A stretch of DNA of 64,000 nt from the NCBI GenBank assembly GCA_039028615.1, contig JBCCHT010000008.1, positions 32,001 through 96,000 of the forward strand, read 5' to 3'. This document shows, one piece after another, positions 19,858 to 29,207 of the stretch; the stretch's first letter is position 1; every line of letters starts with the position of its first letter. The notes beneath the pieces are model-generated. The model had not been told where the DNA came from. It saw only the letters and a program-made list of their open reading frames with translations, and made no database searches. A program made the position numbers and the translations under genes. This stretch comes from Myxococcota bacterium (lineage in GTDB: Bacteria > Myxococcota_A > Polyangia > Nannocystales > Nannocystaceae).

Positions 19858-22736
19858 GCCGATGCCTCCGGTCGACGGCCGACCCGTCGCCACCCGCGGC
19901 GCAGGCGGAAGTGGGCCTCCACTCGAGTGCCACCGACCGCCCCGGGTAGGACCTCGAGTCGACCACCGACCCCGCGCATGCGGGTCTCCATGCCCCCGAG
20001 GCCACGCCCGCGATCGGGGGCCGGCGCACGCACCAGGGGCAAGCCCACCCCGTCGTCCACGATGGTCAGCCGTACCCCTTCGGCCCCCCGCTCGACTCGA
20101 ACCTCCACCTGCGTCGCCTGGGCGTGGCGAGCCGCGTTGTTGAGCGCCTCGAGCCCGACCAGCTGGAGCGCGCGCAACACATCGATGTCGACCGGGAGTT
20201 CAGCCAAGCCCGGATCGCAGCGACAGGGCCGCAGCGCGGGGTCGAAGTCGGCGAGGATGCTCGACGCACGGTGGTCCAGATACTCGATGAGGGCGCCGAG
20301 GGTGTTGCTACGCGGCGACAGCGACCAGACGATCGCCGACACGCCATCGCCGAGTTCGTGGGCCTCGGTGGCGATCCGCCCGGCCAGCTCTTGCGTGCGC
20401 CGCGGGGAGAGCCCCCGACGGATGAGCCCCGCGAGCAGCCCCATCGCCGCCAGCCCGGCCCCCAGCTCGTCGTGGATGTCCATCGCGACCTGGGTCCGCA
20501 AGCGCTGAGCCCGAGCGGCTAGCTCGCTCCGCGCCCGCGCAATGGCCAGCGCCAGCGAGACGCAGCCCACCAGCGCCAGCGCCCACACCCAGCGGCGCTC
20601 GTACCAGGGCTGCGGCACGTGCACCCAGATCACGCTGGGCTGCTTGCTCCAGCGCTCGGCGTCGAGGCTCGCCGCCAGCTCGACCCGGTGGGGACCCGGG
20701 GGCAGCGAGGCGAGCACGATCGAGGGCGCGGAGCTCGGAGCGGACCACGGGCGCTCGTCCACCCGATGCCGATAGCGAAGCTGCGCCGGAGCGCGGTAGT
20801 TGGGGCTCGACAGGTGCAGGGTGACCGTCTGTTCGCCGTGCTCGAGGTCGACGCGATCGCCCTGCACCGCCCGACCGTCGACGAGAAGTTCGCTGACCCA
20901 CACCGCGGGCGGCGGCGGCTCGGCCTGCTGCCGCACGCGGGCCGGGATCTGAAGCAGGCCAGTGTCCCCGGCCAGATAGAGCGTGCCGTCCTCGAGCTCG
21001 AGCACGTCGGCGATGGCCGAGAGGCTCCGCCCCAACCAATCCGGCACGGACTCGACGATGCGCAGTCCCTCGGGCTCATCGACGACGCGGACCACCGCCC
21101 CGATGCCCGCGACCCAGCTGCCGCCCGCCGGGGAGTGGCTGAGCCCCCGTAGATCCCCCAGCCCGATCGCCTCGCTGCCGGGCACGACCCGAGGCTCGCC
21201 ATCGACGAACTCGAGCAGGCCTTCGTAGCGGTCGGCCAGCCAAACGCGGCCGCGGGCGGTCTCGTGCAGGTCTTCGATCGAACCCAGCGACGGAGGCAGG
21301 GTGTGGCAGGTCCAGCTCGCCTCGCCTGCGAGCACTCCGGGCACGGACGCCCAGCAAGTCTCGCGCCCCGCCGCCACCCACAGCACGCCGTCTCGCGTCT
21401 CCACGATCGATCGCACCTGGTTCGACGGGGCAAGGGGATGCTCGGCGACGGCGCGCGGAGTTTCGTCGGGCCGCCCCAGCGCATACAGCTGCGCCCCCAC
21501 CGTCAGCCAGTGACGACCGGCCTGGCCCACCGCGCAGCCGAAGGTCCACGGGTCGCCCTGCGCGGCGGGGTGGAGCCGATGCTCGCCCGCGTCGTCCCAC
21601 GCGATCCAGTGCAGGTCCCCCGTGACGGTGCTTCCGACCATGCTCCACAGCGCGCCGTCGGGGCCGTGGCAGATCCGCCCCTTGCCGATGAGGGGCGAAG
21701 CGTCGTCCACCGCCCCTCCCTCGCGCACGCGGTAGAGCCCGTTCCAGCTGCCGACCCAGACCTCCCCGTCACGGGCGACCACCGAGCGCGCGGAGATCGG
21801 GTTGGAGCCCTCGGTCAGCGGCCACCGACGAAGGTCGGGATCGGGCAAGTGGGCGAGGCCCCGGAAGTTGGTCGACCACAGCGAACCATCCGAGCTGGCG
21901 AGGATGCGCCCCGTGTTGCCCGTGGGCGAAGTGGCCTCGATGATCTCGACGCCGCCGTCTCGGTCGACGACGGCCAGGTGCAACGAGAACGCGACCCACA
22001 GCGTGCCCTCGCGAAAGGTGAGGTCCTTGGCGACCTCGGGGCGCTCGAGCACCATGGATGCGCCTTCGGGACTCAACCTCCAAAGGCGCGTGGGCGAGCG
22101 CTCGAGCAGCCACGTGATGTCGCCATCGAACGCCGCCCGATGAACGACGACTCCGTCCAAGACCCGCCGCGGAGCACTGCCCGGCGACCACACAAACGCG
22201 GCGTTCGCCGTGGCGAGCAGCAGCTCGCCGCGACCGGTCACGAACACCCGCCGCAAGGGCTCGCCGTCGACCGACTCGAGCCGACGGCGCCACCCTGCGT
22301 CGTCGCCCCGGGCCCACAGCTCGCCGTCGATGATCGCGAGCAGCTCCCCTTCGCCCGCATCGGCGAGGTGCTCGGCCCGTAGCGCGGCGCCGTCCGGACC
22401 GAGCATGGCGTCCGTGGTGCCGTCGTGCCAGGCCGAGACCGCACCGCCGAACACCCGAATCGTCAGGTCCGTACCCTCGCGGGGGAGAATCTGTTGGACC
22501 GCCTGCGACGGCCCGGGCAGCTCCCACGACCGCATGCGCGCCCCGTCGTAGGTCGCCACCCAGCCCGAGCCACCGATCCACAGCGCCCCCCGCTGGTCCT
22601 GGGTGACCTCGGTGGTCCAGTTCGAAGGCAAGCCCTCGGTGACCGTGACCCACTCGGTCGCCAACTCGGGGCCGTCGCCGCGGGCCAGGACGGCGGCGAG
22701 ACACAGCGTGGCCCACATCGAGGCGCAGTGTATCAA
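19854..22736 (-). CDS. Sensor histidine kinase (beta-propeller and Y_Y_Y periplasmic region, HisKA_3, HATPase)
   Basis: GLPSN..QD..G.LWIG repeats, YRHR..W, TM, AMDIHDELG, EALNNAARHA, DDGVG, GRGLGGM. Confidence 0.9.
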   Translation of the reverse strand: MIHCASMWATLCLAAVLARGDGPELATEWVTVTEGLPSNWTTEVTQDQRGALWIGGSGWVATYDGARMRSWELPGPSQAVQQILPREGTDLTIRVFGGAVSAWHDGTTDAMLGPDGAALRAEHLADAGEGELLAIIDGELWARGDDAGWRRRLESVDGEPLRRVFVTGRGELLLATANAAFVWSPGSAPRRVLDGVVVHRAAFDGDITWLLERSPTRLWRLSPEGASMVLERPEVAKDLTFREGTLWVAFSLHLAVVDRDGGVEIIEATSPTGNTGRILASSDGSLWSTNFRGLAHLPDPDLRRWPLTEGSNPISARSVVARDGEVWVGSWNGLYRVREGGAVDDASPLIGKGRICHGPDGALWSMVGSTVTGDLHWIAWDDAGEHRLHPAAQGDPWTFGCAVGQAGRHWLTVGAQLYALGRPDETPRAVAEHPLAPSNQVRSIVETRDGVLWVAAGRETCWASVPGVLAGEASWTCHTLPPSLGSIEDLHETARGRVWLADRYEGLLEFVDGEPRVVPGSEAIGLGDLRGLSHSPAGGSWVAGIGAVVRVVDEPEGLRIVESVPDWLGRSLSAIADVLELEDGTLYLAGDTGLLQIPARVRQQAEPPPPAVWVSELLVDGRAVQGDRVDLEHGEQTVTLHLSSPNYRAPAQLRYRHRVDERPWSAPSSAPSIVLASLPPGPHRVELAASLDAERWSKQPSVIWVHVPQPWYERRWVWALALVGCVSLALAIARARSELAARAQRLRTQVAMDIHDELGAGLAAMGLLAGLIRRGLSPRRTQELAGRIATEAHELGDGVSAIVWSLSPRSNTLGALIEYLDHRASSILADFDPALRPCRCDPGLAELPVDIDVLRALQLVGLEALNNAARHAQATQVEVRVERGAEGVRLTIVDDGVGLPLVRAPAPDRGRGLGGMETRMRGVGGRLEVLPGAVGGTRVEAHFRLRRGWRRVGRRPEASA

Positions 22737-22785
22737 CTCTCCTGCTTCGCTCTCCGGGCTCCGACCCCGTCATGCATCCGCCGAA

Positions 22786-23355
22786 TCAAGGCTCGATGCC
22801 CATCTCGCGCAAGCTCGACCGCAGATCCGCGAGCCCCCGGTACACCAGGTTCTCGGCCCGCTTGGTGCCGCAATCCAGCTGTCGCGCAATCTCGGGAACG
22901 GAGTGCCCTTGCAGGTACGACACCACGGCCCGACGGCGGCTCGCGATCAGCCGCCCCAGGCAAACCCCGATGGCTTGGCCGATCTCTCGGCCCGCCACCT
23001 GCACTTCGGGCTGGAGCCCTCGGGCCGGGACGGCGCCGGACTGATGATGCGACAGGCTCGTCTTGAGCCGCTGCTGGCTCTTTTGCCGACGCACGTGATC
23101 GACGACGGCGGACTGAGCCACCCGCCACTGGTAGGACGGCGTCAGGACCCGAGGGCCCTCGGTCGCCTCCAGGGCCCGATGCATGCGCAGGAGCACCTGT
23201 TGCGTGATGTCGTCGACGTGCGGATCCAGGTCGCGTGGACATAGCCGTCGCACCACGGTCCCCAGCGCATCCTCGACGTCGCGGACGCCTCTCGGATACG
23301 AGGCAACCGAGACCGTGGGCTCCATTCCAGCGTGCATCGATCGCCGGAATAGCAC
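22786..23355 (-). CDS. ECF RNA polymerase sigma factor
   Basis: DDITQQVLL (region 2), VVDHVRR, GHSVPEIARQL..ENLVYRGLADLR (region 4). Start may be 23337 or 23325. Confidence 0.85.
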   Translation of the reverse strand: MLFRRSMHAGMEPTVSVASYPRGVRDVEDALGTVVRRLCPRDLDPHVDDITQQVLLRMHRALEATEGPRVLTPSYQWRVAQSAVVDHVRRQKSQQRLKTSLSHHQSGAVPARGLQPEVQVAGREIGQAIGVCLGRLIASRRRAVVSYLQGHSVPEIARQLDCGTKRAENLVYRGLADLRSSLREMGIEP

Positions 23356-23455
23356 CTCTACCCCCCGTTTTCGGGGGTCTACGGGCGACCCTCAGGAACT
23401 CTCAGGGTCGTCGCCCACGGCCGCGTGCGAAGCGCAAACGCGACTGCGATGGCCG

Positions 23456-24244
23456 TCAGCCCCCGACCAGGCCCAGCCCGTACTGCTCGCCCTGCAGCGT
23501 CAGGCGCGACGCCGTCACTTCCCACGTGACCGGCTGCGCCCCGTACACCAGGCCCAGCACCACGCGCTCGAGCTCCTGCGCGAGCTCGTCGACGCAGCCG
23601 GCTTCGGTGACCCCGACGTCGACGAAGGTGAGCTCGTTGCCCGACACGGAGTACGTGCCCGAGCCCGAGTTGCACCCGGTGTTCACCTGGACCGTGCCGT
23701 CATCGCCGAACACGATGGTCGCCGGCTCGGGCCACGCCGCGTTGCTGGCCACCTCGCCGTCGATGAGCGTGTCGACGGTCCAGGTCTGCCCGGCAAGCGC
23801 CAGGTCGGGCGTGGCGACCTCTTGGTCGAGATACTCGATGCGAATGCCCCCGCCCTCGAGCACCACCCCTTGCTCTTGAATGGTGATGGCCGGGCTGGAG
23901 CCGAGGAAGCCGAAGTACCACTCGTCTTGCGCGAGCAGAGCGGGTTCGCAGCCGATCTCCGTCTGAGCGGCGTCGGTCATGACGAACACCCCGTCGTTGA
24001 TGGAGTAGGAGCCGCTGAGCGAGTTGCACCCCGCCGACCCGCTCACGCCCGAGCCCTCTTGAAAACGGAGCGACAGGTTGGCGACGCCGCCCTCCAGCGG
24101 CCGATCGGCGCCGTTTTCCGTGACCGACTGCGACAGGAACGTACGGTCTTCGAGCGAGGCACTGTTGCCGTTGCCACCGCCGACGGTCGCACACGCGAGC
24201 GAAAGCGCGGGAAGGGCCACGAACAGGAGGCGAGACGGGGACAT
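23456..24244 (-). CDS. Lipoprotein with two META (HslJ-like) domains
   Basis: Lipobox SLAC; GSAGCNSLSGSY...TEIGC and NTGCNSGSGTY...TEAGC. Confidence 0.88.
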   Translation of the reverse strand: MSPSRLLFVALPALSLACATVGGGNGNSASLEDRTFLSQSVTENGADRPLEGGVANLSLRFQEGSGVSGSAGCNSLSGSYSINDGVFVMTDAAQTEIGCEPALLAQDEWYFGFLGSSPAITIQEQGVVLEGGGIRIEYLDQEVATPDLALAGQTWTVDTLIDGEVASNAAWPEPATIVFGDDGTVQVNTGCNSGSGTYSVSGNELTFVDVGVTEAGCVDELAQELERVVLGLVYGAQPVTWEVTASRLTLQGEQYGLGLVGG

Positions 24245-24287
24245 GGGTCCACCTTGGCACCGACGCGAACGGACCGCCAGTGCGGCG

Positions 24288-25325
24288 TCAGTCGGCCATG
24301 ATCACGCGATTGCGCCCCGACTGCTTCGCTCGATACATCGCGGCGTCGGCCCGGGCGACCAGGGACATGCGGGACTCGCCCGGCTTCCGCTCGGCCACGC
24401 CCACGGAGATGGTAACCCGCAGGTCCTCGCACGCGGGGGTGAGCACGGAGTTTTCGATGGTGGTGCGAGCACGCTCGGCGACGACGCGGGCCCCGTCGAC
24501 CTCGACCTGGGGCAAGAGCAGCACGAACTCCTCGCCGCCGTAGCGGACCACCGAGTCGTGCTGGCGCACCACCTCACCGAGGATCCGCCCCACCGCCTTG
24601 AGCACCTCGTCGCCCACCGCATGGCCGAGCTCGTCGTTTACCCGCTTGAAGTGATCGACGTCGACCATGGCCACCGCCAGCGGCATGGCGCGGCCCCGGG
24701 AGCGCACGAGCGGCTCGATCTCGGGCAGCTTGCGATCGAAGCCCCGGCGATTGAGCACCCCGGTGAGCGGATCGATGCCCGACAGCTGCTCGAGCCGCGC
24801 CGCCTCGACCCGCGGGGCACAGATGGCGGCGATGAGGGTGGCGAGCTGCTCGTGGTGCGGGCTGAGCTGGTCTTGCTCGGGGTGGACCGCGGACAGCACC
24901 CCCATGCAGCGCGAGCCCGCCACCAGCGGGACGCCGAGGAACGAGCCGATCTTGCGGGTGAGCCCCGGCTTGGCGACGAAGCGCGGGTCCTCGTGGGCCC
25001 GGCCGAGACACAGCGACTCGGCGTTCTGCACGATCCACCCGATGAGGCCCTCGCCCGAGACGAAGTCGACCTCGCCGTCGGCGTGACGCGATTGCCCCGA
25101 GCGCACCGCGGTGATGAGCCGCGTGCCCGTGGGGTCGAGCAGGCGCACGCTGGCGTAGGGCACGTCGAGCAGGCGCACGGCATGGTCGACGATCATCTGC
25201 AGCATCGGCTCCACGCCTTGGGGCTGCTGGAGGTCGAGCGCGAGCGTGGTGAGCTGCGTGAGCTGCTCCGCCGTGCGCTCGGGCCGGTCCGAGTCGTCGG
25301 GCGTGATCATCGAAAGCGCGTGCAT
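24288..25325 (-). CDS. GAF-GGDEF diguanylate cyclase
   Basis: GAF (GEGLIGW, SFLGVPL), DPLTG..NRR, DVDHFK.VND..GH..GD, RYGGEEF with RxxD I-site (RQHD). Confidence 0.93.
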   Translation of the reverse strand: MHALSMITPDDSDRPERTAEQLTQLTTLALDLQQPQGVEPMLQMIVDHAVRLLDVPYASVRLLDPTGTRLITAVRSGQSRHADGEVDFVSGEGLIGWIVQNAESLCLGRAHEDPRFVAKPGLTRKIGSFLGVPLVAGSRCMGVLSAVHPEQDQLSPHHEQLATLIAAICAPRVEAARLEQLSGIDPLTGVLNRRGFDRKLPEIEPLVRSRGRAMPLAVAMVDVDHFKRVNDELGHAVGDEVLKAVGRILGEVVRQHDSVVRYGGEEFVLLLPQVEVDGARVVAERARTTIENSVLTPACEDLRVTISVGVAERKPGESRMSLVARADAAMYRAKQSGRNRVIMAD

Positions 25326-25408
25326 CCTTGCCGCGGTTTAGCACCGATGACCAGGGGATCCGCGACCAAGCGGTCCCTCGCCCAAAATGGGATGCTTTGG
25401 CGGCCCGG

Positions 25409-26950
25409 CTAGCGATCGGCGCCCGCGACGTCCGGGGACCCCGCACGCGAAGGCCGACGATCACCATCGAGATCGACCGGGGGATCGCCCACCTCCCAGC
25501 GCGCCACGTCGGTGAAGGGATGACCGTCGGCGAGGTGAAAATCCCCGGAGCCGGGGGACACGAACCACGCCACGTCGAAAGTGCCAACCGGCACCACGCC
25601 TTCACCCATGAAGGCCGAGTCCGTCGCGCTGGTCTCGACCACGAGGTCGGGGCAGTCCACCGAACCGGTCTGCACCCCCACCACGATGCCGTTGCGAATC
25701 GAGCCGTTGCTCGCCCCTGTACACAGGATGGAGCTCACCGCCGTGCCGTCGTTGCCGGCCAGGGTCACATAGCGCAGATCGAAGCTCGAGTCGGTCACCC
25801 GCAGCGCCTGGGCGTCGACCAGCGCGTTGCCGTTGGCGCCCAGCACGGAGTTGTCGGCCTGGAGCAGAGCGCCGTTGGTCAGCGCGATGCCTCCGCCCAC
25901 GTTGAGCACGACCCGGAACTCGTGCAAATGCAGCACCGACCCCACCACCGAGATGGCATGTGTCCCCAGGCTGCCCTCGACGCGCCCGCCCTGCAGATAG
26001 GCCACCGCGCCGCCCGAGACGGTGATCGGTGCCCCGATGCCCGAGCCGGTCAGGCGCGGCGGCTCCTCGTCGGCCGACAGCACCGCCACCACCCGGCCCG
26101 CCGCGAGCACGAGATTCTCCGCGTAGGCGGCCCCGAACTCCCGGGCCGCGACCCGCAGGGTGCCCAGCTGGCCCACGCCGATGTTCGCCATGGCATCGGC
26201 GAAGGTGCAGTAGGGGCTGGCTTCGCTGCCGTCGGCGATGCCGCAATCTCGGGCATCACCATCGACCCACCACACCCGATCGACCGGCAGGCAGCTCCCG
26301 GCCTCGAGGTGACACGCGCTGTCGGGGCACTGGCCATGGCGCGTGCACGCGACACAGGTGCCGGTCGGCACATCGCACGCGGGCGTCGCCCCCTCGCAGG
26401 CGCTCGTGTCTTCGGCCGTGCATGCCACACACGCGTCCTCGACACATAGGGGCCGGTCGGGGAACGATTCGACGCACGCGGCGTTCGGGTCGTCGGTCGC
26501 GCTGCAGGGCACGCAAGTGTCCTCGCGACAGAACGGGCTCGCCGCGGGGCACGAGGCGTCGTCGCGACAGCCCGGGGCCGGCCCGGTGGTCGTATCGTCG
26601 GCGCCGGTCGCGGTCATCGAGGGTAGCTCGTCGCCCGCGGTGGTGCCCATGCCCGTCGTGGGGGCGGGACCGGTACCCGAGGTCGGCTCCGGGCACTCGT
26701 CGAGTTCTTCTGCGGTCAGGCCCCCGCCGCACGGGCTATGACACGACGGCGGTGGTTGCTCGGCCACGCACCCGTTGCCGAAGGGGCTGTTCTTGCACCC
26801 CGCGCTGCAATACGGCAGCAGGGTTCCGAGCGCGGCACAGGTCGCGTCGCCCTCGAGCAACGAGCAGTGGGCCCCGTTGATCCCCGGGGAGGGGCAGCCG
26901 GTCAGCAATACGATCGAAGGTAGAGTCCATACGAAGTTCTCGATGTTCAT
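25409..26950 (-). CDS. Cys-rich lipoprotein with C-terminal parallel beta-helix-like domain
   Basis: Lipobox LTGC, many CxxC/Cys repeats, WVD...DGS...PYCT..DA, C-terminal DFHL...D.DG..R...D.GAD; ATGA overlap with the upstream gene. Confidence 0.78.
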   Translation of the reverse strand: MNIENFVWTLPSIVLLTGCPSPGINGAHCSLLEGDATCAALGTLLPYCSAGCKNSPFGNGCVAEQPPPSCHSPCGGGLTAEELDECPEPTSGTGPAPTTGMGTTAGDELPSMTATGADDTTTGPAPGCRDDASCPAASPFCREDTCVPCSATDDPNAACVESFPDRPLCVEDACVACTAEDTSACEGATPACDVPTGTCVACTRHGQCPDSACHLEAGSCLPVDRVWWVDGDARDCGIADGSEASPYCTFADAMANIGVGQLGTLRVAAREFGAAYAENLVLAAGRVVAVLSADEEPPRLTGSGIGAPITVSGGAVAYLQGGRVEGSLGTHAISVVGSVLHLHEFRVVLNVGGGIALTNGALLQADNSVLGANGNALVDAQALRVTDSSFDLRYVTLAGNDGTAVSSILCTGASNGSIRNGIVVGVQTGSVDCPDLVVETSATDSAFMGEGVVPVGTFDVAWFVSPGSGDFHLADGHPFTDVARWEVGDPPVDLDGDRRPSRAGSPDVAGADR

Positions 26951-27594
26951 CGGGTTGTTCTCGAGGCCCGCCGACGGGCGCGGCGTTCGGAGACCAGCAG
27001 GGCGACCCCGGTGACCACCGCGGCCGTGCCCACGGCGAGGGCAGCGATGGCGGGAGGCCGACCGTCGAAGCGGCTTGGCGCCAGCTCGGTGCGAACGGCC
27101 GCCATGCCGAGCCAGAAACCGCCGCCGGCTCCGATGGCGAGCGCCCCCGCGACGAGCGAGCCGACTCCAGCGCGCCCGCGGGGGCTCAGGCCAGAAGGCG
27201 GAGCCACGGGGGGTGGAGCGGCCGCGGGTCGTACCGCTGGGCACGCGGGCAATGGCGCACGTGGGCGTACCGGAGGGGGCGTTTCGATGGCTTCGACCAC
27301 GCGGTGACGCACGTGGGCCACCAGCTCCCCGTGGGTACAGGGGCACTCGGTGATCGTGCGGCGACCGGCGAAGTCCACCTGCACGCGAAAGCCGAGCAGC
27401 TCTCCGCCGATGTGGATCGCCACCGGTCCCGCCGCGGGGCCCTCGGGCGACCGCTCGCTCAGCGTACGGGCCACGTCCGACTCGAGGCGATCGCCGAGCA
27501 GGGCCCCATCGGCGATCTGGGCGTCGACGGTCACTTCGACGGACGGGGACACCACGAGAAGGTTCGACACGATCAAGGCGACGATGGCATTCAT
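26947..27594 (-). CDS. Hypothetical exported/membrane protein with C-terminal TM hairpin
   Basis: Signal-like N-terminus, CPC motif, Pro linker, two hydrophobic segments; 4-nt overlaps at both ends. Confidence 0.7.
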   Translation of the reverse strand: MNAIVALIVSNLLVVSPSVEVTVDAQIADGALLGDRLESDVARTLSERSPEGPAAGPVAIHIGGELLGFRVQVDFAGRRTITECPCTHGELVAHVRHRVVEAIETPPPVRPRAPLPACPAVRPAAAPPPVAPPSGLSPRGRAGVGSLVAGALAIGAGGGFWLGMAAVRTELAPSRFDGRPPAIAALAVGTAAVVTGVALLVSERRARRRASRTTR

Positions 27595-29207
27595 GGTTCG
27601 GCTCCGGCGGGGGGCGTACGGCGGCTACGGCATCGCTGCACCAGCCGCACGAGCTCGGGCGCCTGGGCCTCGGCCCCTTCGCGTGCACAGGCGTCGAAGC
27701 GGCGTTGTTCGATCCACGCGGTGAGACGCAGTCGAAGCCGCTGCTCCGGGTCGGGCCAGCAGCGTCGCTCGGCGGTGGCGCGCAGGACTCGAGGCCAGGC
27801 CCAACGACGAGCGGCCGCCGTGGCCTCGGCTCGTTGGGCGCGACAACGTGAATCGGACGAAGGCTCGGGTGGTCGCGACGTCGCGGTGGTCGTTCGTTCG
27901 GGAGACTTGCGAGGGTCGATGGGTGAACGCGCCGTGCTCGTGCGACGAACCGTGGTCGGCCGCCGCGCGAGGGGCTCGGCTTCGACCTCGCGTTCCGAGG
28001 TGGTCGCGTCCGAAGCGGCGACGGTAGCCAAGCCCGGACGAACGGACTCGTCTCTTCGCTCCGGCATCGGCGGTCGCTGGGGCACCGCCACGCTCACCGC
28101 CTCGGCCTCCGTCTCCCGCGGCTCACCCGCGCGCAGCCCCGACCGTTCGTCAACCGGAGGCACCACCGAGGGAGTCGCGGCCGCCCCCGCCAACAACATC
28201 GAGACCAACGCCACGCCACCGCCCAACCCCCGCCACGACCGCCGCCGGGGCGCCGCCCGCTCGAGCACCTCACCGCGCGTCGCCGCTCGCGGCAGAGGCA
28301 TCAGCGGCACCACCTTGGCCTGCGAGACCAGGGCATCGTCGACTTCCCGCAGCCGCGCCCCCACTTCGGCCGCAGCCGGTCGCGAGCGAGAGTCGGGCTC
28401 GAGGCACGCATCGACCACCGCCCGCAGCCCCCGGGGCCCCGCGCCGACGAGCGGAGCCACCCGAGCGCCCGCGAGATGGCGCGCCTCGAGCTCGCTGCGG
28501 GGCACGGTGGCGTGAGGGTCTTCGCCGGTCAGCATCTCGTAGAGCAGCCGGCCGAGCGCATACACGTCCATGGCCGGGTGCGGCGGCTGCCCGCGAAACT
28601 GCTCGGGCGCCATGGTGGTCAGCGTGCCGGGACGCTCGTGCAGCCGGGTGATCCGCGAACCAACCGGGTCGGGCTCGACCAAGGCCGCCAGCCCGAAGTC
28701 GACGAGCACGGGCGTCGCGTCGGCGCCGTGGCTGCGGAGCAAGATGTTGCGCGCGGTGAGATCGCGATGCACCACGCCGACCGCGTGCGTCACCGCCAGC
28801 GCGTCGGCCAAGCCGAGCCCGAGCGCCACCACCCGGGGCACGGGCACCCGCAATGCCATCGCCACCCGAAAGGCCAGCGTGGGACCCTCGATCCACTCGA
28901 CGCACAGGAACGGTCGCCCGCACAGCTCCGGCAATCGGCCCGCCCCGAGCGCCTGCACCAGCCCCGGGTGCCGCGGTAGGCGAGCGGTGAGCCGAACTTC
29001 GCGGGCAAAGCGATGCTCACCGTCGCGGCGGCGGTGCATCACCTTGAGCGCGACGTCCCGCGCCGCCCGACGATCGTGCACCCGATACACGGTGCCCATG
29101 CCGCCGCGCCCCAGCTCGGCCCGCACCACGAATCGACCCGCGCCCACCACCGAACGCGGTCGCAGCTCGGGAGGCTCGCCGTCGTGCCCGGCCTCGAAGG
29201 GGTTCAC
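27591..29207 (-). CDS. Hanks-type protein kinase, membrane anchored
   Basis: GRGGMG, VALK, HRDLTARN, DFG, GTLTTMAPE; GTG start at 29207 overlaps the upstream stop (GTGA). Confidence 0.88.
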   Translation of the reverse strand: MNPFEAGHDGEPPELRPRSVVGAGRFVVRAELGRGGMGTVYRVHDRRAARDVALKVMHRRRDGEHRFAREVRLTARLPRHPGLVQALGAGRLPELCGRPFLCVEWIEGPTLAFRVAMALRVPVPRVVALGLGLADALAVTHAVGVVHRDLTARNILLRSHGADATPVLVDFGLAALVEPDPVGSRITRLHERPGTLTTMAPEQFRGQPPHPAMDVYALGRLLYEMLTGEDPHATVPRSELEARHLAGARVAPLVGAGPRGLRAVVDACLEPDSRSRPAAAEVGARLREVDDALVSQAKVVPLMPLPRAATRGEVLERAAPRRRSWRGLGGGVALVSMLLAGAAATPSVVPPVDERSGLRAGEPRETEAEAVSVAVPQRPPMPERRDESVRPGLATVAASDATTSEREVEAEPLARRPTTVRRTSTARSPIDPRKSPERTTTATSRPPEPSSDSRCRAQRAEATAAARRWAWPRVLRATAERRCWPDPEQRLRLRLTAWIEQRRFDACAREGAEAQAPELVRLVQRCRSRRTPPAGAEP

